This document shows, piece by piece, positions 26,849 through 37,757 of a stretch of 64,000 nucleotides of DNA (within the stretch, counting starts at the first letter, position 1; each line of letters starts with the position of its first letter). Below the pieces are notes generated by a model, which saw only the letters and a program-made list of their open reading frames with translations, was not told the origin of the DNA and ran no database searches. The stretch is taken from IMG/VR virus record IMGVR_UViG_3300034031_000001, positions 487 to 64,486 of that record, one strand, 5' to 3'. This DNA comes from a virus. Its lineage: Duplodnaviria; Caudoviricetes. A program made the translations under genes and the position numbers.

Positions 26849-28030
26849 ATGTCAAAACAAACATTAATTCAGGACGTACAAAAGAATGGTAAATATGCTG
26901 ATTGGGCTACTCTAGCTAGAAAGCATGGATTAGTATCAGCAGATAGTGCACGTAAGACTTGGAGAAATGGTAAGGTTCCTTCATACGAACAATTATCTAG
27001 AGAGATAGGTATAGTACCAGAATTAAAATCTGTTGAACAGGACAATTACATTATTGACCTAGAGAATCAAATAGTAGAGTTAGTAAAGAAGTTAAAGGAG
27101 ATGCCTAAAGCAAGTCCTGCAACTGCATTTAACATAGGGCACAACCCATTAGACTTCTCCCTTGAATTACAGAAGGAGACTATCCTTAATGAGATGAGAA
27201 GAAACTCTCCTAAGGTTAGTCCTATACGTACAGGAAGAGTTCCCGCTGAAAGAAACTGTTTACTAGAGCTATCAATATTTGACCTACACATAGGTAAGTT
27301 AGCTTGGGATAAAGAAACAGGAGAAGATTATGATATTGAAATAGCTGTTGCTAGATATAATGAGGCTATTGAGGAACTCCTTAGTAGAACCAATCTTGCA
27401 ACTATTGATAGAATATTGTTACCTATAGGTAATGATATGATTAATGTTGATGGCAAGACTAACATGACTACCTCAGGCACTCCACAATCTTGTGACAGTA
27501 GATTTGGTAAGATGTTCAGAACTGCTAAGGAACTGCTTGTAAACACCATTAATAACCTATCTAGTGTAGCGCCAGTAGATGTAGTTGTGATTCCGGGTAA
27601 TCATGATGAGGTTACTATGTTCTCATTAGGGGAGGTGTTAGATGCATGGTTCCATAACGACGCAAATGTTGCGGTGCATAATGAGCCTAAACTCCGCAAA
27701 TACTATCAGTATGGTGCTAACATGATTATGTTCACGCACGGTGATAAAGAGAAACATACTGACCTTGGTATGATAGCTGCAAATGAACAAGCACAAATGT
27801 GGGCTAATACAAAGTATCGTGAGGTACACCTTGGTCACTTTCATAAGAGCAAGGTTCTTAACTTCTTAGGGGTTGATGAACATGCTGGATTTAAAATTAG
27901 GATTCTTCCTAGCCTTAGTGGAACAGATGCTTGGCACCACGGTAAAGGCTATATATCAATGAAGGCTGCTAAAGGCTTTATATGGCACAGAGAGAAGGGC
28001 CTAATTACAGAACACACTTACAATTTGTAG
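26849..28030 (+). CDS. calcineurin-like metallophosphoesterase with N-terminal HTH/coiled coil
   Basis: DLHIG, GND, GNHD, HGD, GHFH motifs; TAACTTCG -7 box at 26804. Confidence 0.8.
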   Translation: MSKQTLIQDVQKNGKYADWATLARKHGLVSADSARKTWRNGKVPSYEQLSREIGIVPELKSVEQDNYIIDLENQIVELVKKLKEMPKASPATAFNIGHNPLDFSLELQKETILNEMRRNSPKVSPIRTGRVPAERNCLLELSIFDLHIGKLAWDKETGEDYDIEIAVARYNEAIEELLSRTNLATIDRILLPIGNDMINVDGKTNMTTSGTPQSCDSRFGKMFRTAKELLVNTINNLSSVAPVDVVVIPGNHDEVTMFSLGEVLDAWFHNDANVAVHNEPKLRKYYQYGANMIMFTHGDKEKHTDLGMIAANEQAQMWANTKYREVHLGHFHKSKVLNFLGVDEHAGFKIRILPSLSGTDAWHHGKGYISMKAAKGFIWHREKGLITEHTYNL

Positions 28031-28053
28031 TTTAATTGTTATATTTCGTCTAC

Positions 28054-28083
28054 AGCCTCCTTTTTCTAAGGGAGGCTTTTTTG
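28054..28083 (+). terminator. intrinsic terminator
   Basis: AGCCTCCTTT..AAGGGAGGCT then TTTTT. Confidence 0.75.
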
Positions 28084-28151
28084 TTTCAAATACTTTCCGT
28101 ATATTTGCACTGTGACCATATGGCACATATTCATTCATTAAACAAACATTT

Positions 28152-28448
28152 ATGAGAAGTACAATCAAGATTGACATGGATTCTGAGAATCAACCCTACA
28201 TTGCAGTAGTGCTAGACTATGCAAGTGATGACCTAAGAGACAAGATGTTAAAGAGGTTCTTTGAGAAACTAAATTATTCTAGCAACCTAGCTCTAATTGA
28301 GTTCGTTAATCCCTCTAGTGAGGGTAAACAGTTCATCTCTATTGAGCCAATTGCTCCCGGCTCATTACAAGGTATAATAGATAGGGATACTCTACCTATC
28401 TCAATTCCACAGGTGACAGAGATGTCTAATGTTCGCAGACCAATATAA
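28152..28448 (+). CDS. hypothetical protein in its own transcription unit
   Basis: TATATTTG at 28100 upstream, terminator downstream. Confidence 0.65.
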   Translation: MRSTIKIDMDSENQPYIAVVLDYASDDLRDKMLKRFFEKLNYSSNLALIEFVNPSSEGKQFISIEPIAPGSLQGIIDRDTLPISIPQVTEMSNVRRPI

Positions 28449-28454
28449 ATGATA

Positions 28455-28478
28455 AGGCCCCACAAGTTGGGGCTTTTT
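28455..28478 (+). terminator. intrinsic terminator
   Basis: AGGCCCCA-CAAGT-TGGGGCTT then TTT. Confidence 0.7.
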
Positions 28479-28556
28479 CATGTAGATACGTTAGATATTT
28501 TTGATAGTTCACAGATTAGTAGTATATTTACCTCATTTTATAACACTTATTAGTTA

Positions 28557-29267
28557 ATGACTAAGAGAGAGGTAGTTTCAGAAATAATAAATGACCTAAG
28601 AGCCCATCAGGTAGATGATAGGGTGTCAGAGAGGTATGTATTGTCAAAACTGACATACTATAATGGACTCTTCCTCAAGAGGGAAAATGACCAATTAAAG
28701 CTATTCTACGATAATAACATATGGACTCCTGTAGATTGCATTAAACTAGAGACAGTGGATAATTCAGAATGTACAGATGTTAGAATCCCATTATACATCT
28801 CCCTTTCTCGTTCAGTTGAACCAATCCCAGAGATATACAGTTACAGTCACGGGCCCATCATAAGAGAGGTATCTCCAGTAGCAGGTAATAAGACTTACTT
28901 ACCAACGACGCCTAATGACTATCTAAAGATACTTAAGCGTGAATATAGAGACCCTAGGCAAAAATACTACTGGTTCCAAGGGCAACACTTAATTATACCA
29001 GATTCTAATCTAACCACAGTCAACTTAACAGCATGTTTCGTAGACTCATTAGTAGCCAAGAGATTAAGCTCCTGTACCGAGACATCTGCATGTGCAGAGT
29101 CATTAGATGAACAGTTTCCTTGTCCAGCACACTTAGCTGCTATAGTTAAACAAGAGACCATTAAGGACTTATTTAACTTCTATAAGCGCAATATACGTGA
29201 TGAAGTAGCTGACCTAGATACTAATAACAAGACAGAGAAGGGAGGCTCTCCACGTAATGGCCAATAA
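28557..29267 (+). CDS. putative tail ring/tubular protein
   Basis: YYWFQGQHLII, LDEQFPCP motifs; crAss-like tail synteny. Confidence 0.65.
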   Translation: MTKREVVSEIINDLRAHQVDDRVSERYVLSKLTYYNGLFLKRENDQLKLFYDNNIWTPVDCIKLETVDNSECTDVRIPLYISLSRSVEPIPEIYSYSHGPIIREVSPVAGNKTYLPTTPNDYLKILKREYRDPRQKYYWFQGQHLIIPDSNLTTVNLTACFVDSLVAKRLSSCTETSACAESLDEQFPCPAHLAAIVKQETIKDLFNFYKRNIRDEVADLDTNNKTEKGGSPRNGQ

Positions 29268-29772
29268 GTCAAGAGGATTAAAGAATGGAGATAGGCTAAA
29301 GTTACTCAACAAGACATTTTGGGCTAGATTCAAAAGAGAAAGTGGAGTAGAGATATCATATCTAGACTTCTTAAAAGTTATTCAAGAGAGTAATCTTAAG
29401 ATACAAGATAGAATTCTTAGTAATATCAGTGGCTTCAAGTTCCCAGAAGCACTAGGTTTCTCTGCTGTAAGTAGATATAAGCCTGCTGTGTCAACTAGTT
29501 TCAAACAGATTGACTGGAAGAAGACTAAGGAGCATAACACTATAGTATATCATACTAACTTCCATTCCTTTGGTTACAAGGCTAGGGTATTATGGTTAAC
29601 AGATAAGCTATCTAGCTGTAAGAACATTAATGTATACAAGCTAACAGCTGAGCGCAAGATGGTGCGCAAGTTATCTAAGAACTTATTTGATGGAAAGGTT
29701 TATACTGAATACAAGTATGATGACTTTAAAACAAGAAAGATTCGTATAAATCTTGACAAATTTATGAAATAA
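29257..29772 (+). CDS. IHF-like protein of the crAss tail gene block
   Basis: GFKFPEALG, IDWKKTKE, YHTNFHSFGY, basic; lies between ring genes. Confidence 0.65.
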   Translation: MANKSRGLKNGDRLKLLNKTFWARFKRESGVEISYLDFLKVIQESNLKIQDRILSNISGFKFPEALGFSAVSRYKPAVSTSFKQIDWKKTKEHNTIVYHTNFHSFGYKARVLWLTDKLSSCKNINVYKLTAERKMVRKLSKNLFDGKVYTEYKYDDFKTRKIRINLDKFMK

Positions 29773-30638
29773 TGGATAGACATTCATTCAGAAGTACGGA
29801 CGCAATGTTCGCTAGAATACGAGAAGACCTATATACATTTGATAATGCAGGCATGATTGATGAAGGTAGATTCTACAAGCAAGTAGTCTACATTATCAAC
29901 CTATTAGGTATTAACTGGTACATTGACGCTGAAGAAATAATTGACGTATGTAACTATACAGCAGACTTACCTGATGACTTCAAACTACTTGAAGTAGCAT
30001 TCAAGTGTAGTAAGTCTGTGGAGCAAGAGAATGCGGATGGTGTATTACTTAAGAGGAGAGTATTTGATTACTATCCTGAGATTGCCAACCCAAGTACACA
30101 CTCATACGTATGTAAGGACTGTCCAGACTTCTGGAAACTCCCACCTACATGTCAGTTCAATAGACAAGAAGAGATATTAGTACCTAGGGGCTCAACCATA
30201 CTTAGATATTCTTCTCCTCTTCTCTTAAAATTGGGCAATGTAGACACAAAGAAATGCTGTGTTACCAACTGTACTAACATGTTCAGTAGGGCAACAGATG
30301 AGATAACAATAACTAACAATAGAGTATTTACAAACTTCAAGGATGGTAGTATATACTTAATGTACAATGCATTTCCCCTTGATGAAGAAACACACCTCCC
30401 TTTAATACCAGATGACCCTATCATTGAGAAGTGTATAGAGGACTACATCAAGTACAATTTGATGAAGAATATGGTGACTAATGGAGATGGTGATGTGTCA
30501 AGATTATTACAACTGTATAGAGATGATTATAAAGAGTCTCTGTCACAAGCTATATATCTTACCAAGCTACCTACCTTCAAGTCTATGACGGACATGATAC
30601 GTAGAAACAAGAAGAGTCTTAACCTTTACCAACTGTAA
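29772..30638 (+). CDS. putative tail ring protein
   Basis: ADLPDDF, FTNFKDGSIYLMY..PLDEE..LPLIPD, IEDYIKY. Confidence 0.65.
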   Translation: MDRHSFRSTDAMFARIREDLYTFDNAGMIDEGRFYKQVVYIINLLGINWYIDAEEIIDVCNYTADLPDDFKLLEVAFKCSKSVEQENADGVLLKRRVFDYYPEIANPSTHSYVCKDCPDFWKLPPTCQFNRQEEILVPRGSTILRYSSPLLLKLGNVDTKKCCVTNCTNMFSRATDEITITNNRVFTNFKDGSIYLMYNAFPLDEETHLPLIPDDPIIEKCIEDYIKYNLMKNMVTNGDGDVSRLLQLYRDDYKESLSQAIYLTKLPTFKSMTDMIRRNKKSLNLYQL

Positions 30639-33600
30639 TGGATAACAAAGAATTGAATCAACCCATTAAGGGACTTAATACAGATGTTCACCCAATCAAT
30701 CTTGATGGTAAGAGTGCATATACTTATGCCCTCAATGCACGTCAAGAGAGTGAGGATGGTGGGCAAATGAGTCTAACTAATGAACCTAGTAATACTATAG
30801 CGGAGTTATTCCCTAAGGGTTATAAGGTCATTGGTAGGATTAACATTGTTGAGGTTGGACGTACCATGTATTGGCTTGTTAACCCTGAAACAGGTGGCTC
30901 TGAGATAGGTTATATTGAGAATGATGCATCTAAGTGTATAGATACTATTAATCTGGTTGACCCTGATAATACTAACTATTGTGCTGAGTGCCCTCAGAAT
31001 GAGCCAACAGAAGCTGTATTTGGTGAGGAGACAGAGAGTACTGGTAACCCATGCATGGTATACGTGAAGATGGTTAATGACCCGTGCCTTAACTTCTCTT
31101 ATGACCATCCTATACACAAAGCTGAATATGAGATAACTAATAAGACTATACGCCTCTATTGGACTGATAACTACAATCCAATGAAGTGGTTAGATACTAA
31201 TAACATACCATACCTTTCAAATGGTGCACTTAACTGCAACTTGACTAAGGTATTCCCTGACTTCGAAGTACCTACTATTAAGGTAGTAGATGAGTTAGAT
31301 ACAGGCTCTCTCAAGGTTGGTACATACCAATTCCTTGTAGCCTATGCTAATAGTAAGGGAGAAGAGTTATCACAGTACTATTCTGTGACTAACCCTGCTG
31401 GTGTGTGGGAAAATAAGATAGATGATAAACCTTCATTTGTCACATCACGCTCCATTAAAATACACATAGACCACCTAGATGAGAACTTTAAGTACTTCAA
31501 TATAGCTGTAATCAAGACTATTGAGGGTGTACAAAGTTATGACCTAGTTGGTACATACGACATTATAAATGACCACTTTGAGTATGTTTATACAGGTAAT
31601 GATAAGTCTCCTAGAGAGCTTACATTAAATGAGATATACTTCAGGTCTCCTTCATATAAGAGGTCTGGTACTGTTGAAGCTCAGAATAATATTCTTATGT
31701 GGGGTAATCTCCATAGTAAGAAGAGAGTTAACTATCAGTCAGTAGCTAATAGAATCAAACTTCAGTGGGAGACATGGACACTACCAGTGAACAAGTTCCA
31801 AGCTTATAACAACATAGCTAACACAGCTGAGTTGAGGGGTTATATGCGTGATGAAGTTTATGCATTTGACTTCGTACCTCTATTTAAGGATGGTACAATG
31901 GGTGATAGATTCCCTATACCGGGCCCACAAGCAGGGCCTACTGATTGGGATGCTATCACTAATGACGATGCTGTAAACTCTGATGTAGACAAATGTAAGC
32001 CCGGAGAAGATAAATACAGATGGCAAGTATACAATACTGCTAAAGAAATAGACTATTCACCTGAGTATGTAGCTTCTGGTGGGGATAATTGTGTCGATAT
32101 AGTAGTACCGGGTACATCTGTAAATACAGGAACTACTACAGTAACACCGCTTACAGGTACTGTTAATCAGCTTATTAGTGGTGTAATTACCATAGAGAAG
32201 ACAGGTACTATCAGCAAGATTACTATAGATGTAGCTCAACCTTATCCAGACGATATAGTAGTAGAGCTTGGTTATACTGTTCCGGGTGCAACACCTAACG
32301 CATTACCACAAGCACATAGCTATGCAGGACTGTTTGTACCTGCTAGTATTCCAGCTATACCAACTACATATTCTGCTCCATTTAAGGTAACTATACCTGC
32401 TGGACAGACAACTGTAGTCAGTTTTGGTAATATGAATACTCCTGCCCCTTGGGATTATCACGATACATACGAGGAGATATATGCCCGTATCAAGTGTAAT
32501 AACATGGACTTTGAGGTCTATGCTGAGGATAACACAGGTACATTGCAGAATGTAAGTGGACTAAGTTATCTAATGGATGACACAGGATGTCAGCCTACAG
32601 TTACTATTACTCCAAGTGCAGGCAGTGGTGCAGTAACAGGCACACTAAATTTTGTGGACACCTTAAATAATGGTGGTGGTACAGGAGACCCACTCACAGC
32701 TGTAGTAACACTAAACTCTCCCTTAACTTATGACCTAACTCTAGAGATAGGCTACATAAGTCTTAATACAGATGGTAACTACCGTTCAAGAGGATTTGAT
32801 ATAATTCCTCCAGCTAACATGCCATCAAACACAATAGGTTATAACTTATACCCTATTGCAGGTTTTGGTATACCGGGAACTATTGTCATTCCAGCTGGAC
32901 AGACAACTGTTACTGTACCTAATTTTGGCAGTAACTCATCTTGGTATATATTACCAGATATGGATAACTGGTATACAGACATTTATATCAAGGCATCTCC
33001 TTGTCAGGCAGTTAATTTTGACTTCACTACACAAAGTCTTGAAGGAGAGAATCAACCTCCTATTAATGTACACAATATAGGTGATGCATGTTCTAGTGAT
33101 ACTATCACAGTGTGTTCACCTAATAAGTGTTATATAGGCCCATATAAGTATGGTGAGTTTGGATTCTGGCAGAGTACTGAGAGATACCCTAATGACCCTG
33201 ATGTATGGGGTGAATTAGCTGGTCAGCTCATCAGACACCATAGATTCCCTGACTGTGCTATATCCCCTATACACGATAACAATATCACTGGAGATATCAA
33301 CTATGAACATACTATATTTCCTATAGGTGTTAAGGTTGATGAATTCAACATAATGGAGGCTATAAAGAACTCCAGTTTAAGTCAAGAGGAGAAAGATGAC
33401 ATAATAGGTATCAAGATACTTAGGTCTTACCGTGGTCGTAATAGAAGTATTGTGGCTAAAGGTATGGTGTTTAATGTTGGTCAGTATGAGAAGGATAAAC
33501 AAAAGTTCTTATATCCTAACTATCCATTCAATGACTTAAGAAGTGACCCATTCTTATCTGCAACTGAGGTAGAGAGGACTATTGAAATGGTTCCGGGCAT

Positions 33601-36600
33601 TCCGGGTCAGAAGGAAGATACTAGACTAGATGGCTTCAATAATGATGTATCTCAGAGTAGATATACCTTCATGTCACCAGATACTTCCTTTAAGAGGAAG
33701 CCTATTTCTGGTAAGCTGAAACTTGAGACTGTTGAATATGGTAAAGCTAATACACACTTAGTCAAGGTACAGGATAATGCTAAGTATACCATTGGTACAC
33801 AGAAGGGTGTTAAGATGGCGCTTACACTAGCTATAACTACCTGTATGAACTATACTATTGAAGGTGGCTTCAGTGGTGTAGGAGGAGGTATGAATATTGA
33901 CTTAAGTCAATTCACCAACTCATTCCAAGTAGCCTTTGACTTAATTAAGAAACTAATCCCATTCAGGGAGTATGGATATGCTTATCACGCTGTAGGTAAC
34001 TATAGTATGAGTGCACCAGTTCCTGATAATGGTAATAAGATAAGAAGCATTGAACTTGCCGGATACTTAGATTCAGGTATATATGACATTGGTGATGTAG
34101 CCCCTGTCAATAACTATCAGAGAGAATCATCAGTATTCCTCAAAGTTAATGGTGACCTCCCTTTCTCTCACACTGTAGCTGGCCCACAAGATAACACACG
34201 TTATACTTTTGGTTCATACAGACAAGAGACTGGACAGAACTTAGATTCTGATGTACGCGTAATGAGAGATGTTAATGCATATTACGCTTCCATTAAGCAG
34301 ATACGTAATGACCAATATGGTCAGATATACTCTTATGAGTCTATTGACACAGGTTCACTCCTCTACTTTGGAGAGAAGTTTACTACTGTATTTGGTGGAG
34401 ACATCTTCATCAATAGATTCGCTGATAAGAGAAAGTTACCATTCTTCCTTACTAATACTGTAGGACAACAGGATGATACGGATGTATTCTACAACGAATT
34501 ACATAATGTAGCCTATCCTATATTCTTCCTGTCCACAGGGCCAGTTAAGTATGAACTGACACAAGAGGTTAAGGATGCATTTGATAAGGCATACAAGAGA
34601 ATAACTGCCACTGACTTCTTAACGGGACTTGGTGCAGCTGTATCTGGTGGTATGTCAAGGTTCACTCCAGCTATGAAAGCAATGTTTGCACTAGTATTGG
34701 ATGTGTTCAAATTCCTTGGTATCAAGAACATTAACCTAGATAAGTACGTCGATAGAGGATACTTTGAAGAGGGTGTTATGTACTTGTTTGCTTATGGTAT
34801 ACCTTACTTCTTTGTAGAGTCCGATGTTAATGTAGACTATAGACAAGCTGAGAATACATTAGATAAGAATTTCTTCCCTAATGTAGGTACTAATATACCA
34901 GACCTATGGTTACAGGAAAAGACTGTATCTATTACTAATGATAACTACCATTCATATAACTGGGACTTATCGCGCAATAACTTACAGAACTTCTTCACCC
35001 ATCTACCTAAGGACTATAAGGTTAATGAAACTAACATTAATCATCATAAGACTAGGGTAATATACTCTGAGCCATCCAACTTAGAGGAGAAGCAGAATAA
35101 CTGGTTAGTATACAAAGCTAACAACTATAAGGATTATGACCTCACTAATGGTGAGCTAATAGATATTAATGCACTTGAGTCACAGAAGTTCCTGTTAAGA
35201 TTCGAGAATAACATGGCAGTTGGTAATGCTTACATTAAGCTTGCAACTGACAACAAGTCTGCTATTATTGGAGATGGTAATATGTTTGCTAACCCAGAAC
35301 AGAGCTATAGTCAGACTGACGTAGGTTATGCTGGTACACAACATAAGGCCTTCTGTAGTACAAAGTATGGTCACTTCTGGGCAGATGCCAAGAGAGGTGA
35401 GGTATTCTTATTACAGAATGGAGGTACACCAAGTGAGATATCTCGTAAGGGTATGCGCAATTGGTTAAAAGAGAACCTCCCTTTCAATATAAGCAAGTAT
35501 ATTAAGAATGTACCAGTTGATAATTCCTATAAAGATATAGGATTATGTATGACATGGGACAATAGGTTTGAGCGTCTATTCATTACTAAGAGAGATGTTC
35601 TGCCTAGAGATAAGAGTATAGTATATCAAGATGGACAGTTCTATACTACCACTACAGAAACAGTAGAGGAGTGTGAACTAATAAACTGTTGTCCTGAAGG
35701 ATATGAGTTAATCAACGGAAGATGTGTGCAAGAAGCCTTAACACCTGCCGTACTCATTGAAGATTCACTCCCTTTTGAGGCAGCTAAGAAGAGTGACGGT
35801 AACTATACAAGGTGGTATACTGCACTGTATGATTCTTTCAATCCAGATGGTACAGGTGTCTACACAATCATGACTGACCCTTACTGGCAGAATCAAAATG
35901 GTGTAAACAATAATACAGCTGGCCCATTAAATAGGACAGCTATATGGAATAGTACAGGAGATAATCCAATAGGTGTTTGGGTAGGCCTACTACTTAGAGT
36001 AGATATACCTACCACTAAGACTTACTATATTGGTATAGGCGCTGATGATAGGGCTCGTATTATACTTGACTGTGAGACTATACTAGAGTATGACTTACAG
36101 GCAATGGCTAATCAGCACTTCCCTGATGTAGAGGCTAACACTAATTTCAACCCAATTGTTAATAGTGAAGTATCCTATAAGATATGGCATATCTTCCCTA
36201 TAACAATACCACAAGGTCAACACTTTATTGAGATTCAATGTATGAATACAGGTGGGCCCGCAGGTTTTGGTGTACAAGTATATGAGAATACTGAGGCTGA
36301 GATACTTGCTGCTACACAAGATGGTGACCTTACAGTACTATTAGATAGTGCAGATTATGTTGGTGAGGTTATAGAGGCGCATAGATATGAGTGTCCGGGT
36401 CAAGGATGTCACGTAGTTGTGGAACAAGATGGCGCATACTGGTGTACAGGTATCAATGAGTTACCAACCTCATGTGAGACTGTATGTAAGACTGTAGAGA
36501 AGACTACATATCATCCAATTGATATTAGCGACCCTAAGTACTTCTGTGATAGCTCATGGACTTTAGCATACTCTCCTCTAACTGAGTCATGGGTATCATA

Positions 36601-37258
36601 CTACTCCTTTATACCTAACTACTATGTGGAGCAACAGAACTTCTTCCAGTCAGGTATAAATAGTGGAGATGCTAGTTTATGGAATCACCTGTTAACTAAT
36701 AAGGGTTATCAGACATTCTATGGTGTATTCCACCCATTTGATGTAGAGACAATTACCAAGACTGACCCACAGACTAAGGTATTAACTAATGTGTCATATA
36801 GGTTAGATGTATTAAGATATACTAACTCCTATGACTGGAAGTTAATGAAAGATGTTACCTTTACAGAAGCTGTAATACATAGTACACAGCAGACTAGTGG
36901 TAACCTTAAATTGAATGTACGCGATAAGAATGACATGTCTAGTGGACTTCTTACAACAATAGATAGTGATGGTATTAACATTCCAGTATCTCAGACAGAT
37001 GATATATGGAGATTTAATAAGTTTAGTGATGTCACTAGAGACCACAATAGTCTCATGCCAGTGATGGTATATGGATGTGGTAATGTAAATAGGAAGGTTA
37101 ACCCTAAGGCTGTAGATTATAATAAGACCAGTAACATGCTCACTCGTATGAGACTGAGAAGTGATTGGTTCAAGATTAAACTCTCAAATACCCAACACTC
37201 AAGATATAAGTTTATCTTCAAATGGGTTATGAACAAATCAATTAACAGTGGCAGATAG
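30638..37258 (+). CDS. tail muzzle/stabilisation protein with inserted domains
   Basis: 2206 aa; KGLNTD, YALNA, LYWTDNYNP, GYMRDEVY, IRHHRFPD, FGGDIFINRF, WVSYYSFIP motifs typical of crAss-like muzzle proteins. Confidence 0.8.
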   Translation: MDNKELNQPIKGLNTDVHPINLDGKSAYTYALNARQESEDGGQMSLTNEPSNTIAELFPKGYKVIGRINIVEVGRTMYWLVNPETGGSEIGYIENDASKCIDTINLVDPDNTNYCAECPQNEPTEAVFGEETESTGNPCMVYVKMVNDPCLNFSYDHPIHKAEYEITNKTIRLYWTDNYNPMKWLDTNNIPYLSNGALNCNLTKVFPDFEVPTIKVVDELDTGSLKVGTYQFLVAYANSKGEELSQYYSVTNPAGVWENKIDDKPSFVTSRSIKIHIDHLDENFKYFNIAVIKTIEGVQSYDLVGTYDIINDHFEYVYTGNDKSPRELTLNEIYFRSPSYKRSGTVEAQNNILMWGNLHSKKRVNYQSVANRIKLQWETWTLPVNKFQAYNNIANTAELRGYMRDEVYAFDFVPLFKDGTMGDRFPIPGPQAGPTDWDAITNDDAVNSDVDKCKPGEDKYRWQVYNTAKEIDYSPEYVASGGDNCVDIVVPGTSVNTGTTTVTPLTGTVNQLISGVITIEKTGTISKITIDVAQPYPDDIVVELGYTVPGATPNALPQAHSYAGLFVPASIPAIPTTYSAPFKVTIPAGQTTVVSFGNMNTPAPWDYHDTYEEIYARIKCNNMDFEVYAEDNTGTLQNVSGLSYLMDDTGCQPTVTITPSAGSGAVTGTLNFVDTLNNGGGTGDPLTAVVTLNSPLTYDLTLEIGYISLNTDGNYRSRGFDIIPPANMPSNTIGYNLYPIAGFGIPGTIVIPAGQTTVTVPNFGSNSSWYILPDMDNWYTDIYIKASPCQAVNFDFTTQSLEGENQPPINVHNIGDACSSDTITVCSPNKCYIGPYKYGEFGFWQSTERYPNDPDVWGELAGQLIRHHRFPDCAISPIHDNNITGDINYEHTIFPIGVKVDEFNIMEAIKNSSLSQEEKDDIIGIKILRSYRGRNRSIVAKGMVFNVGQYEKDKQKFLYPNYPFNDLRSDPFLSATEVERTIEMVPGIPGQKEDTRLDGFNNDVSQSRYTFMSPDTSFKRKPISGKLKLETVEYGKANTHLVKVQDNAKYTIGTQKGVKMALTLAITTCMNYTIEGGFSGVGGGMNIDLSQFTNSFQVAFDLIKKLIPFREYGYAYHAVGNYSMSAPVPDNGNKIRSIELAGYLDSGIYDIGDVAPVNNYQRESSVFLKVNGDLPFSHTVAGPQDNTRYTFGSYRQETGQNLDSDVRVMRDVNAYYASIKQIRNDQYGQIYSYESIDTGSLLYFGEKFTTVFGGDIFINRFADKRKLPFFLTNTVGQQDDTDVFYNELHNVAYPIFFLSTGPVKYELTQEVKDAFDKAYKRITATDFLTGLGAAVSGGMSRFTPAMKAMFALVLDVFKFLGIKNINLDKYVDRGYFEEGVMYLFAYGIPYFFVESDVNVDYRQAENTLDKNFFPNVGTNIPDLWLQEKTVSITNDNYHSYNWDLSRNNLQNFFTHLPKDYKVNETNINHHKTRVIYSEPSNLEEKQNNWLVYKANNYKDYDLTNGELIDINALESQKFLLRFENNMAVGNAYIKLATDNKSAIIGDGNMFANPEQSYSQTDVGYAGTQHKAFCSTKYGHFWADAKRGEVFLLQNGGTPSEISRKGMRNWLKENLPFNISKYIKNVPVDNSYKDIGLCMTWDNRFERLFITKRDVLPRDKSIVYQDGQFYTTTTETVEECELINCCPEGYELINGRCVQEALTPAVLIEDSLPFEAAKKSDGNYTRWYTALYDSFNPDGTGVYTIMTDPYWQNQNGVNNNTAGPLNRTAIWNSTGDNPIGVWVGLLLRVDIPTTKTYYIGIGADDRARIILDCETILEYDLQAMANQHFPDVEANTNFNPIVNSEVSYKIWHIFPITIPQGQHFIEIQCMNTGGPAGFGVQVYENTEAEILAATQDGDLTVLLDSADYVGEVIEAHRYECPGQGCHVVVEQDGAYWCTGINELPTSCETVCKTVEKTTYHPIDISDPKYFCDSSWTLAYSPLTESWVSYYSFIPNYYVEQQNFFQSGINSGDASLWNHLLTNKGYQTFYGVFHPFDVETITKTDPQTKVLTNVSYRLDVLRYTNSYDWKLMKDVTFTEAVIHSTQQTSGNLKLNVRDKNDMSSGLLTTIDSDGINIPVSQTDDIWRFNKFSDVTRDHNSLMPVMVYGCGNVNRKVNPKAVDYNKTSNMLTRMRLRSDWFKIKLSNTQHSRYKFIFKWVMNKSINSGR

Positions 37259-37757
37259 AGGATATATCTATAAGATAACTAACCCAGTAGGGCAAATCTA
37301 TATAGGTCAAACTAAGAATCTTGAGAGACGCATGGAGAGCTATAGGAAGCTTGATTGTATTAAGCAGAAGCTTATCTATGCGTCTCTGAGGAGATATGGA
37401 TTCAATACACATAGAGTAGAAATACTTAAGAGATGTGCACACAGTAGAATGGATTATTGGGAGCTTAAATTCATCAATGAACATAGAAGCTGTTATAGGG
37501 ACGATAGGGAGCTTGGATTGAACATCCTGAAGGAATCCTACGAAGACTATTGTAAGCTCCGTGGTGAGGCTAAAACACAGGTTAAAATACCTATAGCCCA
37601 ATACTCAATGTCAGGTAACTTAATGAAGGTCTGGGACACTATGGCTCAGGCTACAAAGAAACTTAAAATTAAATCAGGTAATATAGCCAAAGCTATTAGA
37701 GGAGACTTTGATAGTGCTGGTGGTTACAAATGGAGATACTATGCCTCAAAAGCTTAA
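37248..37757 (+). mobile_element. free-standing GIY-YIG homing endonuclease with NUMOD1-like domain
   Basis: GYIYKITNPVGQIYIGQT, R...Y, E..FI, GLN; C-terminal PIAQYSMSGNLMKVW...SAGGYKWRY. Confidence 0.85.
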
